Part shown: piece by piece, positions 13,401 through 27,794 of the stretch | Layout of the letters: each line of letters opens with the position of its first letter | Numbering within the stretch: position 1 is the first letter of the stretch | Program-made: the position numbers and the translations under genes | The notes under the pieces: generated by a model | Database searches by the model: none | Seen by the model: the letters and a program-made list of their open reading frames with translations, nothing else | Told to the model about the DNA's origin: nothing | NCBI GenBank assembly: GCA_040954595.2 | Contig: CM082581.2 | Coordinates: 11,778,286-11,842,285 of the forward strand | Length of the DNA: 64,000 nt | Source: Balanoglossus misakiensis | Taxonomy: Eukaryota; Animalia; Hemichordata | Direction of reading: 5' to 3'

Positions 13401-15928
13401 GTGATTGAATCACTTTATATTGCATTGGATGCATGTAACATTGCCACGAATCCATCCAAACACAAACAAAGTGCATGCCAATGGATTAAAAATATGAGTT
13501 TCTGCCATTTAAGGAGACAATCAAATAAAATGGCATCTTAATCCATAAATAAATATTAGGGTCGTCTGCTGTGAGAAGGGAAGAAACCGATGACGCCAAA
13601 CGTTTTGCAGGAACATCCAGTGCATTCATCCCAGTTTGCATTGCACATATACGACAAGAGAAACAATGAGCCCCCATAGTGCGATCGATATACACATCGA
13701 GAATCAGTGATGTCACTTAAAAGGATCACATGTCATGGGAGAAGAAATTAATATCTCGCTTTTATAGATTTTTTATCGCAAAATACTATTTTACTTTGTG
13801 ATTATAGCATGCCTGCGGCACCGCAGGAAAACAGTGCGTCTGTATTTGGGTTGTGAATACCTTTGATCAATTTCATTATTCTATGAAAAGCTTAGTCTCT
13901 TAAATGCCTTCTCCCTGTTCTGTTTTCAATGCGAACAATAAAGCAATTTTCATGTTAGTACAACTGAAATGCTACATACACTAAAAATTAAGTCAGATGG
14001 TGCAGGCACCTTCTGGACAGGTAGAGATGAACTCAATCCACTTGAAAGTAACGATTCACTTAGCATTGGTACCCAAGTGCACAGTGCAAAACACTGCCCA
14101 CTGCAAGGAAGGAAGACCCCGGCCCCACAGACAATGCGCTGATGGGGGAGGGGGAAGGGCACAAGACACATTCTGCATCAGTGATTCTTTGTGGCAATGC
14201 AATGCCATTTTCTCAGTGTTTGGCATTCTCTGACGTCACTCTAGTCCTGCGGCGCTGAGTCTTCTGATTTCTAAATTTCATTACCGGGCACATCTATCCA
14301 ATTACCAATCGAATTTCATTTCCTTCATCGGGTTAACTGTACCGTAAACCTTGTCATGTTTCTAAAACACAAAACAATGCCCTCTTGACCAACCATACAA
14401 TAGTGGGAAAAGCCCTATGACAGACAGACAGATACAAAGAGACAAACAGAGAGGGAAGGGAAGGAAAGGGGAGAAAGGAACCTTGGGAGAGAGAGACCAA
14501 ACAAAAGCTTATATCCAGAAGATTAAGTAGCTCATTTACTGAACATTTTCCACAACAGAGCATTCTACCATTCTCTACCTTAATCGGTAAAACTAAGGAT
14601 TGCTAATCAAATTTAATCTATTTCTACATTCTCTAGATTTCTTTTTGTTCCATGACTGTTATCATTCATAATGTACGTGACTGCTGCCATGTCCATCAAT
14701 CTGATCCACTTAGTTTTACGTGATGACGATTTAAAAAAAAAGATAGTTTACACTGTCAACATATTCCAGACTGGACTTTTGAGAAAAGGTCAGTACCCTT
14801 GCTTGTCATTCTGAGCGTGCTCATGTGCAAGTCAGCGATCGCTTCAGTCATTTTGTGGGATTGTCTGTCAGGGAAAGAGGATTCCTTTCTCCGAAGTCAA
14901 TTAGAGTGTTATGTAGCGTGATCATTTGGGCGAGGACGTCTGTAACGATCGCGCAAATCACGTGATTGTTACCTTGACAATGATTGCTATCACTGGTTTT
15001 GTGTTTCTATCGTAAGGTTCATGACAATCTTTCCTGGTTTTAATAGCAGTGATCAAGGGCAACATTGACCTTTGGGATCTCATCAAAGCTCCTAAGTCTG
15101 TAGTATGTCTAAGTCTGTCGAAGGCATTAACTAAATAGTTCTTTACCACATGCCAAATTAATATAGCCTCTGGCTACACACAAGAAAATATGCCAGTGGT
15201 ACCATCCTATCAAAAGTTTAACCTGTTTAATTTCATATTAATTTACGACCACTCCACCACATCACTGGTCAATTAGCTGCAATGTGTGGAATGTTGATGC
15301 TACCAATATACCGGTACAAAATCTTGCTTTTGCGGTGATTGTCGTCCCATGCACTCGCTACTAGGGAGATGCAATTTCCTCAATTCCGATTATTACTTGG
15401 TGACTCACAATCCACATTTTCAACCATCTGGGCCCGAACAAAAATACTTGCGGCCAAAAGCATCTCCCTCCTTCCCAGAGAGCATGCAAAGGGTCATTGG
15501 TGCTTGTAGGAATAAATACCTAAATGCAAATTGTCGATGAAATTGGAGTGCACTTCAGACTTGCCTGCGAGACACTCATTACTGTGTTATAACGACACAG
15601 TTTCAGCTAACCGAGACAAATTGCTGTAAAATTAGCTCTACTGACACGATGGAGTGGTTTTCATGGAGATTCAGCTGCGGCAACCCTTAAGCCTAAAGGC
15701 ACCTTGGCCACAATGGTATTCCTGAACGTAAAAAGAGGAATGATTTCTCTTACCTTAAAAGAAACCGCTCATGCTGTAAATACCGTCGATTTTTCATGTG
15801 GACATCGCTGTTCTGTGAAGTCTGACAGTTTCTAAAATGGCCTTTCCTGCAATACAAATTAATTCTTACAATTAACTTAAAGTAAACAACAGAGTTTGAC
15901 AACACTCAATAAGATCAACTAATTTGTG

Positions 15929-15981
15929 CTTTAAGCATGAGCTTTCGAAGACATGAAGTCTCCTTCATCAGATGCTTAAAG
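15929..15981 (-). ncRNA. Minimal type I hammerhead ribozyme (Penelope-like element/retrozyme type)
   Basis: Minus strand reads CUUUAAGCAU-CUGAUGA-A-GGAGAC-UUCAU-GUCUUC-GAAA-GC-UC-AUGCUUAAAG. It has the full catalytic core, a 10-bp stem I, a 6-bp stem II (one G-U) and a palindromic AGCU minimal stem III. Predicted cleavage is between 15939 and 15938. Confidence 0.8.
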
Positions 15982-18900
15982 GTATATAGTCCCCTCTAAA
16001 TTATACATGCCTTTATATGGCGAATAACAAAGAGTTTGGATTCTAGACTACTGTTGTAGGCAATTAGTACCTTCCGCACAACAGGTGTACTTCCAGTGTA
16101 CAGCAGAACTGTTCTATTCCAAGTTAAGTGGATCATCTCTGCCAGCCGAATAGGATCACATGTGTAACTTCAACAAATTGCAACAGATCAACATGTTTGA
16201 AGCTGAAAGGTTAATGGAGAATTAAATACCCCTTGGCAGTACATCTGCTCAAATACATGATAACTTTTTAGTCTAGTAACTCACTCAAGTGCATAAGCAA
16301 TGTCCCTTCAAGTCTGCAGCTGTGCTAGTTGCTATTCTGTGCAATGTTTTCTGGGTACGAATTCGATTGAAGTTAAAAAAAGTAGGTTAAGTAATGAGGT
16401 CAAACACTAAACATGTAAATTGACATAATGCCGACCAAATAATGACCAAATAACTAAACCAAGGCAGTCTGATCAAGGTAATACTGGCATAATTACTAAA
16501 TAAAGACCTATATACAGTCAAGACCTTATAATTACCAAGTGAATAGATATTGAAATAACAATTACGGAATAACAACTAAATAATGGTATAATAATGGTCA
16601 CATAAGCTCCAAATAAAGGCATTATTGCCAATCTTGGTGTAGCTCTCCCCCACACATTTGCCCACCAGGCAATTACTCTAATCCTATTCAAACCCTGACT
16701 GGTTGGTGGTGAATATCCTTGGGGTTAGTCATTATACTCTATGGCCATGCAAAATGTTAGACAGATACATTGACGTCAAAACGCACTCGCCTAGAAGTTC
16801 TTATTTGAGCGCACAAATAGACAGACAAACTTATGTTTACAATTGGGAGAAATATTAGACTGAATGTTGCCATCTGCAAACGCCAATCACTGCGTGCCAT
16901 ATGTCAAATTTAACGAAATCGCTAAAAGGTGAAATTCAAAACCAATTCTCTCAGAGAAATCGTATATATTTCTGCGAGCCAAAGGCTTATATAGCAGTTT
17001 GTAATATTAACAAATTATTTGCTCCTGTGCTTTTTGTACCAATATTGGAATTTATGGAACATTGTCCTGTATCAGCATAGACGCATGTCAGTGTGCGGGT
17101 TAATAACTTGTATCTGTGGAAACCTGATATGTAATAATACAAGTCTTAACAGAAAGATTGCCTACTGCATGACGAAAATCATTACCTGTGTATGTAATTC
17201 TAAAAGATTGTGCAAGCAATCAGATTCTTCACATAGTGTGTTTAATTCAGTTTGATTCAACCGTGAAAGTACACGTCCGTGATCAAACTGTAATCAGAAT
17301 GTCTGTCGTACAATTTTCATTTTCGGTTCTTTTCAAGGAATGCTCACTTGACACGTTGTAATATTTAGTCAGTTTAATGAATAGTGACGTAGTTTAATCA
17401 GAATTTTGCTAAAATGAGTGGCATTCTGTTTAGTGTTATTAGAGTATGGTGTGTATATGTGTATATATATGAATATAGATCTATTGTGAAAGCGGCCATA
17501 TTGGACAGTTAATTAGTATGCATAGGGCGCGCGATTGTTCGTTTGAGGGTCAGGTGACGCTATGGTCTCTGACGTCACTGCAACCTCCTTTCAAGTTCTT
17601 TAGGGCAGTAAACGTGGCTGATGAGATTCACCAGTGGAATGACTTTCATCTGATGAACGCATAACTTTTAGTACATTACTGTTGGCTAGGGGTTTCTCCA
17701 AAACATGACAATTGACAGTTTTATTCGTTGACTGTAAATGTCAGACTTTAAAGTGTGTATATTACAGAAAGTAATTCCTTACATTGATGAGTTACACAAA
17801 TGTGGACACAAAATCGATTTTCACTTCATAATATTAAAAAGAAATATTCTCTATAAATATACTATGTACCGTAGTATGTCAATTTATTTTTAATTTTCCC
17901 TATCTTCCGTATACGTGTACTGATATGGGAGAGCCTACTATATACGCATGCGTGATGATTATACTACAGCCATGAATCAAAATGGAGAAAAGTTGATGTC
18001 AGTATAAGCAGAGAATTGAATTTACGCACCGCATATTCGTTCTATTACGAGACAGATATTGGCAATTAGGAGAGCGAAACTCGCATGAGACGAACATCCT
18101 GTTCATGACAACTATGTTCAATAACGAACATAACAAAGTCGAAGTTTATGCCATGGGTTTCTTTTTCCCTTCCAGAGCGAATGCAGGGCGTGTTGTGTCG
18201 AATAATGATTTGCAAGGAAGCGAAATTAGATCGTGATTCGATCACTGTCATTGCTGTTTTCCAGTGCTGAAAAAGCAATGTCGTCACGTCGTCTCCTTGA
18301 ATCACAATCGAGACAAATATTTTCCTGAGGTTTTACGTGATTCCTCGGATACGGCTGTATAAGATTAGTTCTTGGCTTCTTGTGAAACTTTGGATGAACT
18401 ACTATTCTAAGTATACACTTTAATGACCACATTTGAAAAATGTCATGAATCGTAGCGAGGTACAATGTTTGATATTATCATACCACTATCATTAAGACTT
18501 GAAAAATGAATGCTCACTGTCTCTACCATGCTCCTATACTGGCCAACACAGACATCATTACTGCGAAATCAATACTCGATCAATTAAAATCGCAGATGAT
18601 GACAAATTCCCCAGGGCTTCTAAATTTAGGCAATAAAAGTAATTGAATGGTGATACATCGATCAAAATGATGAGTGGTTCCCAAGAACCATGCGTTAATC
18701 AATATCAGCCAAAGAAAGGTTAAAAATCTCCAAGTCAGTGTATCTTTGGCTGTTGACTTTAATTTCTACCCAGTCCTTATTCTTATTACTGGAAGACTAT
18801 GGAGACTGAACTGTGATGAGAAATGATCTAAGATAGCATACCTTCTGATGTAATTGATCTGATGTCATTGACCTCCTATTATTTCGAGATATTCTTTGGC

Positions 18901-20586
18901 AACTTAATTCGGTGTCAATCACCTCTGACTACTCGGCACATCTCCTTGCATACCATTATCAATTAATTCCATATCAGGCCGTGCCTTGTAAGATAGAAGC
19001 ACTTCTATGTCGAGGAAAGACTTCAAAAAAGATTGATGTCATCAAAGTTACTCGTTCAGAACATCCTTATCTGTGGTGAATCAACAAACTTTGCATGATC
19101 CCATAAAAGGATATTTGACCGCTTTGTTTTAACCCTGCTACGCTATAAGATGTGTTTTGTATTGTTCGCAAGAGTAAATTTTGGTCCTGATCATAAAAAA
19201 GGCGTGTTTTACACGAAATCTGAAAAATTGGTGGTAACCTGGCTGCTTGCCCATAAGATTAATTTGATAATGAAGTAAAATTTCCAGCAAATGTGGTTGA
19301 AGTTGCTTTTGCAATATGTTACACAAATCTGAAGAAATGAATGGTTTGCTTTGATTAGAAAAGCCAACGAACCTTGATACATTAATCGGATAATGGAACC
19401 CAGCAATACATTTACATCCGTGGGATTTCCGGAAGTCTTGATGAAATCATACATTTACTTAATTCGACCTGTGTGGTAGGAGCAGACTGGGTCGCCCCTT
19501 AATAAGTGTTCGATGAAAAATATTTATATGTTGCTATGATACGAATTACCAATAAAAAAATTGTCGTCGCTATCAATTTTATGTTCAGTGGCAAACAAGC
19601 CATGACATTTTGTGTTAGAAAAAAACACATTACCACACATTTGCAATTTTATGTAACAAATAATGTTTGTGAGTATTTTCAGACAACGACAAGTAATATA
19701 GATACAGTGTTATATATAATAAAGATACACTGTCCTTACATGACATGTATACGTAGCAAATTTTGACTTTCCTGCTTGCCAAGAAGTCAAATAACAAATA
19801 GAGAACTTAAATCATAGAATCAGACACCGATTTCGAGTCGAAGTAGATCTTGTGTCACAGCACACAGGTACTTACAACCAGGAAATCATTCACCATAAAA
19901 CGGCTTTACATACACAGCCACTGATGTCATTTTATCACTGGAATCTCATCAGGCGTTTTTTTCTGCTCATTATAACCGACTTCAAGAATTATACGTAGCA
20001 GCGGAGCTATAAAATTCCAAGGTTTAAAGGGCGACACACTTTTCCATGGAGATTTTTGCCAAAATTTCACAGTTGGGGTGGCCTCCGCTCTTCCCCTTGT
20101 GTTTTAGTCGTTGCACTAAAAATTAATTTACAACAGTCAAACATTTCTCTTAAATCCTGTCGATATCTGGTACCTTAAAAAGGAAAACTGAGATTTTCAC
20201 TTTTCTTGTGCTCTTTATTAGTGGAGGGGAATTTGTCTCGATCGTTCCAGCGTTGTAAAGAAAGTGTTGTGTTCAGTTTGATCGATCAGTCAATTTAGTG
20301 GAAACAACGTGTATTTTACGTCAGTACCCGCGGAGTAATGAAAGAGCTTCACTGGTGCCCGGCCTTTATGCACTGCAATGAGTACTTACATGTACTCAGC
20401 CGTATCGATTTACTTCATGCTTCGCGCCAATTTTACGTCGTTTGCAAGATGCGAAACGACTTCCATCTATCTGCTGAAAGTAGTGGGCAGCGCATTCCAC
20501 TTCAAAGGGTCACAGTGGAAGACGGGAGAAGTCCTCGGGCACCGTGTTTACATTGACATTTTGACCTTTGAATGCAATATATGCAA

Positions 20587-20697
20587 TTTACTACATGCCT
20601 AACGTAATTTTACATTTCGCGAAAAACAAAAAATAAGCCAAGTTTACTACATGCCTAACGTAATTTTACATTTCGCGAAAACAAAAAATAAGCCAAG
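20587..20697. repeat. 56-bp tandem duplication
   Basis: TTTACTACATGCCTAACGTAATTTTACATTTCGCGAAAA(A)CAAAAAATAAGCCAAG x2. Confidence 0.9.
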
Positions 20698-23600
20698 CTT
20701 TTCACGGAGATTGGGGATCATTGAGGTTTGAGTTGGAACACTGTTTATATATTCTGCACATTAACACCTGAATAAAGTGTGAAAATGGACGGCTACTTGT
20801 TATTGTGCATTGAGCATTGATGTGTGCCTGTGTGAATGTGTTCTGAAATGGAAAGAAAAAGATGCACGGACACATAGCAAGACAGACAGACAAATAGACA
20901 GACCAGCAGGCAGACGATAAAGATGCCGACCAGCGCGACGAGCACACACACAGAAATGCTTACTGACAAACGATTTTAAATACGGCCTCCAAGTAACATA
21001 TGAACAGACGATATTGTCATATTTTCGTTTCAAATTTACGCATGAAGAATTCCATACGTTCTAGTTATACATAAAAATAATGCAAATTGATCTTAAAAAT
21101 AACTATCCAACAAACACAGAGAACAATATATACAGGGTTATCTTTCTCCCAATAAAAACCATCCATAGCCAAGACCACAGCAACTGACCACACATCTTTC
21201 TTCAATTCCTGTCGACCACGGTTGCCATAGGGACGCCAAAGGAATCAGACAAGATAACTGAACTGGACCATTGAGTAGCAATTGTGAAATCATGAAATGA
21301 CAGATGTATCTTAAACAGCTGAATGATCCAACATAGTGTCAGATATATTACTGTAGTTACATATTAATTAAAATATGGTAAGATAAAAGCAATTTAGATA
21401 GAACAACCATAAAATTGAAATCAGATACAGAAATAGTGCCCTGGATCGTGTAAAGTTCCCCCGAATAAAATTTGATTTCATGCTTTACCAGCTGGTGTAA
21501 TAGATAATACTTTCTAACGGAAAGACATGTGAATTGTCACAGCAACGTCATTCATTGTATAAATAAAGCAAGTAGAAAGTATGAAAACGTTGGAAAGAAC
21601 TACTTCTCGGGTTTCCTGTCCAGGAACAGCTGAATTAATGAGAATAGACAGTTGAGGTCCATCTTTGCGCTGTGACATAGCTGTAGTACACTCTACTATT
21701 GCTGTCAGTTTGCCTGCCTGCCCGTCTATCTGTCTCAAATACGTCTTTGTACATTTCTTAATCATACACATGTTGTTTTCAGCCATGTGTAAAATGAAAG
21801 CAGTGTTGTTTTATTATTTGCGTTGGGCAGATAATATGAGGGAGTTAAATCGGAAATATTGGTTTCGATATCATTTCCTGCTAAACCGATGAAAGAATAA
21901 TGTCAATCGTATTACTACAGGCTCAAAACTAGCTTGTTCTACTGCAAGTCATTGTGGCCTATATTATTTAGTGCATGTGCTGTTTATATACATATCTACT
22001 GCCAGGTTCGGTATTATGGTGAATTTGTTAGATCTATATGCAACTATGATTTTGGTCGGCAGAAAGGATTAGCATGAAATCACCAAAGAGCATAAATTAC
22101 AGGGGGGAAAAACAGTTGAAGTGGACTAGAAGGGGAAATCAATTTTTTGGGATTAGCAAACATTGAAATGTATTTCTATAATTATCTGTACGTATATGCG
22201 AGCCAGCTTGTGGATAAGCAGCCATCCTTCTTAGTATTGTTGATTTCCGTTGTGATAAAATAGATACTGCTATATACAGTGTATTTGAAAGTCATGATGG
22301 CCTGAAATAGACAAGTAACTATGGCACCCAACGGTACTGAACGAACAGGTATTGGAGAAATAAAACGGAAACGTAGGCGTCGTGATCTGCAATTTCCAGA
22401 AAGCATATTTCATGAATGATACTTTCTTTTCAGCTATGAGATCAAATTTAATAACGGGTCATAGACGATTCGGTAGGGTGACAGTCATAAATTTAGTAAT
22501 TGTATTCAGGATTTCTAGCTTCCTTGTTGGAAATTAATTCAGATTAGACAACCTTTCTTTGTGTGTGTGTGTGTGCTTGTGAATGCTGTACAATTGTAAT
22601 GTAGGCTTAACATGTTCAAGCAAGGTGTAACATTTCTTCAAGCTGAACTGAGGAAACCGCATCAAAATAAAATGATGCACTTTTTTGATAAACCATTCTC
22701 TTTATGTTCTGAATGTCTCGTTGACTCGCAGATTGTAAGGACCTCACACGTCTAGGTGTGAGAGAATTTGATGTTTTCAGTCTTAAATGCATAACAGATT
22801 ACAAACTCAGTGTTGGTTGCTAGACAGAAACACTGTATGCGTTTGAATTTTCAAATAAGTGCTCATAAATAAATATTCGCATTCTCTAAACTCATTGAAC
22901 AAACTGTTGTATTTTCTCCCAAAATCACTGGTTGCCAATAACAATTCAGAAACCTGAGATAAAATCTTCAATTTATCTTATTTTTCCTACCTCTCTTGAC
23001 ATACTCTCTGGTAATTAATATTCTGCATTTGATGGATTTATACACTGTAATGGTGTTGTGATTTGTTATTTTCTCGGTAGAGTCGTTATCCTTTGTTGGT
23101 AAAAAAACAGATGGCTTGCGCATGAAACAAATAGAACTTGATACTATTTGTGGCCCCTTCTCTCGCCATGCATGCTAAATCTGAGCCTATCATACAGGTC
23201 ATGAGGTAGAGAGTCATATTCTCCTTGTTGGCCAAGTTATGCAATTCACATTAGAATTCACAGCCACTAGCCCATTGTAATGATGAGGTACTTGACATTT
23301 CGAGTCATTGTACTCAATTCATCATCAGCGGCAGTGATTTAATGTGAGACAGCATGATCACATATATTACAATATTGCCGCTTCTGTGTTTTTCAATGGA
23401 GGCCATTCGTGGTGAAATAGGCATCCGCTTGCTGTAAAGCTAGAGGCCGAAAGTTACACATGTGAAAAATGTCTGTGAAATCTGTATGTTTAGGGAGTTT
23501 GTGGCTGCTCAAAAGCAAAGGGTCACTTTATTCTAAAGTAAAGTGACTTTTGCACTAATATCTGAGGTAAAAGACGTTGGCCTTTATTATAATGTCGGCT

Positions 23601-26600
23601 GAATTCATTCAGAGATCGGACAAGATGACATCATCAATGCTCGCTGTGTCTATTGCTAAATGGGCACGTACACCATATGTGGAGAAATGCACTTCACGCC
23701 CATCTGTGTAATCCCTGAAAGCGGTAATGATCTTGAAAGTGCGTCAGAAGGACCATTACTAGATATCAATTTAAACCATTTGGATTTCATCTACTCTGGA
23801 TTTGTTTTTATGTACCCGGGGAGATCCAAGGTATGTAAACCCCGATCCATTTACACTAGAGTCGAAGTCCGGTGTGCGGCAGACCAGGAGATCATCAAAT
23901 GGGATTGTTGAACCGTTAGTCGCTATCTGTTTTCCACGTGAACTGTTTAAAGTTGTGATTAAAGACATCCATGTGGCGAGGAAAGGCTCACAACTTGTGT
24001 TTGCCCTAATGAGGGCGCTGTTCCCAAGAAGGAATCATCGCAATTAATCTATTCCCTACACACTTTGATATAGCAAAGAATTGAAAGGTTTGGAGGATTG
24101 TCAATTTTCTGAAAATATATCCCTGAGGTGCGCACTACAGACATCTTGCATGTTTGACACATCAAGCGCGCCATGCTGCAGGTAAAACGGTCGGCGTCAG
24201 TGCCGCGAATAACAAAGTTCATTTCCCGCAGTGATGAGCGAAGGGGAACAAATGAAAGCAAGATAACGGGTTATCGCTTCCAGATAAGGATTTTTTTGTC
24301 ATGGAGACTGGATTTCATTGGGCCTGGGGCCAGAATCCTTCCATCGTGACTGACTTATCGGTCAGCTATCTCTTGTGATGAAATTGGCGATTTTCAGAGA
24401 CTACACATGTTTGGCCTATAGTGTATATCTCAGATGTGGATTGCTCACCAGTCAACTTCGCATCACATACGACATCCATTAAGTTGTGTAACAATAAACC
24501 ATCACGGCGCCAAAGCACATGTTTATCTCTACAACTGTCATGTGATAATTTCCTTGGTTCTAGTCTGTTTTAAGTAAATGTCATTTCCTGTTTATGCTTT
24601 GAAACTGTACAAAAGAGTTCCGGCAAACGTAGAAATGCTACCGTGTGGCCAAATACAGCCTGGTGAGAAAGCTACAGGGCAATGTGTGTGCCTTAACAAA
24701 CAGCAATTATGCGAATGGATTCTTAATAGAAATGCACACATTGGACTTCCTTCACTTAAACAGTCGTAGTAGAGTTTACTTTCGACACCCATTGCCTACA
24801 ATACATCTGCTAATTTATTGCATGTCCGCGTAGAGGCATCAATGTGTTATGTATGTTATTTATATTCAATATTGTTTTCTGAGATCTGTTCGTATCTGAT
24901 CTTAAAAACAGTCATTAGGCAAATGACAAATGTTGAAAGCGGGTCTTGTTACTATTAAGTCTGCTGCAAAGACTGTTCTTTGCGATTCACACTTCAATTA
25001 TCAAACCTTGAATCAAGGCCGGTTTACCAATCTGTAAAATCGCCTCATGTCATCTTCATATTAAGGATTTGGGTCAGAAGTATGCAGCCTTGATGTGAAT
25101 GCATTATGTACTCACATGCCCCCTAGACAGTCATATACGTATACAGAGATTGAAATTTTGCCTCTGTCAAAGAATACAGTATCAGAAAAAGAGAGATCTT
25201 ATCGATGAAACCAGATGAAGAGTGAGAGACAAACCGACTGAAGGATGAGTCATACTTAAGCATACCATAGGGAGTATTTCAGGGGGAGGCATTAATTATA
25301 GGTGAGGCACAAGCAGAATGTGCTGGCCCACCCAGGGCGTAATGACTGAACGTTCCCTTACAAGCCTTCGGGAGTTACCGGGAGCAGATCCTGCAACCGT
25401 CAATATGTGAATGTCTGGACTGATGGACGGTTGTGCACTTCCAATCAGGACATGGTATTTATCACGAAGGTGTCACATGATATAAGACCATGGATTAAAT
25501 TGCAGTTCTCTCAAAGATTAAAGACCTACAAAATCATGACAAAGTACGGCGTCCTACTTCTGAGGATTCGCTTTTTACCATCGCTTTACACATAGTTTAC
25601 CGTGAAACAAGAATGCATGTACTCACACAGGCAGATGATGATAGCGGAGAGTATATACTGGTATTGACGAAGTCTGTGACAAATGTGTTTAGTTTACATA
25701 TTTTCCTTTGAAGTATTCTCACATTCCCTATGAAAATTGTCAAAATGTGTTTATGTTTATTTCATGGAACACTGGCACCCCTGCCTTTTTTCACAACCAG
25801 TCAGTCAGTCTGTTCATTCGCCCATTACCCACCCATCCTTCCATCCATCCAATCTTCTTTTCCTGCACCATATCTTACTCAAGTAGTCTAATGGTCATAC
25901 AGGCTACCATTAATCAACATTAATCGCACAGGCATTATTTTGCTATATGTTACAAAAACACTTGACACATTAATAATATTTGCCAGCTTTGACATTCTTT
26001 TGACCAATCCATCAAGGCTATTTGATGCCTACAAGCAGTCATCAAAAATTAACTGGGAGCGGCCTCTTAAAATAACAATCTATGAGTTTGCCTGACAGAA
26101 GAACAATCCATCAAAGCGACATGAGCATGTGCGCTCTGGGTGTCGTTCAAAACCAAGATGGCTGCAGCAGTAACGCGAACTCTGAAAGATCCTCTTTAGA
26201 TAAGAGCCAGAGTGACTTGGAAAGACAGAATTAATCGAACATGACAATGATAAAGTTAAAAACAAATGCACATTTGCCTAAATATATACTAGTACTATGT
26301 ATCATTTGATTGCATCTGGCGATCTCTGTCGAGTTCAACCCTTGGTTCACACAATGGGAGTATTGTTAAATCTGTCATCTTTTATGATCAACCAACTCAC
26401 TTCTACACAGAGCCACTGGGTATAGTTGCGCTCAAAATTAATAGTTCATTATAACCACCCAGTACTCAAGACAGTTAGATATACAGGGCTTTCAGTATGC
26501 GTTGGCACTCCCCTGAACAATAAAAACCTTGCGCTATAAACCACACGACGAGTCCCTTTAACACATTCGACCTACATCTCCCCGACGACTGCTAAAGTCT

Positions 26601-27778
26601 GTCAAAGTGGAGATTGATGACCAGCCGTCCGGCGATTTTCAAGTTCATGTACACGTGTCAAACGCATATTTGCAGATAATGATTTGTGATGAACTCAACG
26701 GATATGGCAGTATTCAGCTGCCCTTCTGTGCTCATTATGACTGCCATCAATCAATCTGGATGAATTGGTCTTTGAAGGAGCTTAGCCATTGGGCTAACAG
26801 CATGCATCATGATGTACCCTTCATAATTGACGAGTGCAACAGTGTCGTAAAAGTAATGCCAGCCTCTTGGTTTTCTACTGTTACCAAGAATACAGACGAT
26901 TCACTTGTATGCACTCGATCACTGAAATGTGGTTGATTGACAACAAAATCACTTTGGAATGGAACGACACTGTGATTAGTGGCATATCTTCTTTCCCCAC
27001 ATATCACCGCTTTCAATATCATCAGTTCGTCTTAATTTCCGCAGCTATGTTTGAAATTGCTTTTAGACTTAGCGATGGATGCAGCGTTAAATATCTCTCA
27101 GCTTTTTTCATCAGTTGTTTCCTCAATCTTACCTTATGTACATTATCAAAGCTATTCCCGATATACGAAGTCAATTTTGTGTGACAGGATAGTTCAAGTT
27201 GAGCGGAATTATAGGGGAAATGTGAATCTAATTGAATTTGTCTTGAGATTGAGTGGAAATCGGAGTCTTGTCTGTGAAATGTAAAACATCACGGATGTTC
27301 AGCATGGCCCACAAATATATTAGATGGACTCACAATATATTGTCATAAATCAAAATATCTCGAGAAAACACTAAAATGTTGACGGTTACTGTTAAAGTTT
27401 TCCTGATGAAAACCCTCTTTACTTCAGGCATTGCCCAAAATCTGACTTGTGTCTCATTTTAGCATCATAATCAATGATATTTTGCTGCAAACTACGAAAT
27501 TTAATATCCCAATAAAACTTAATAATGTCGCAGCCGTGACCCCAATTTCACAATTTTATGAAGAGCTGGGGGCGCTGTTACCGTAGACGCAAATATTACT
27601 GACATTGTAAAATATTGTTTTCTTCTTCTTTGCGGCGATATATGAGTACTTCCCAATTAACAGGAACCGCCATTTGAGAAAGGCAGGGGAGAGAGAGGGG
27701 GGGGGGGGGGGGGAGAGAGTCAGACAGACATACAGCTGAGAGACCGTGAGAAGAGATGGATACAGTCACAGCTCATCA

Positions 27779-27794
27779 CAGCGCCACCTAGTGA
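27779..27794 (-). promoter_or_regulatory. CTCF-like site
   Basis: Minus strand TCACTAGGTGGCGCTG closely matches the CTCF core consensus. Confidence 0.45.

Noticed and set aside
17618-17660. Other CTGATGA occurrences (also ~678, 2768, 27403) as hammerheads
   Set aside because: They lack a correctly placed stem II + GAAA and a closing stem I.
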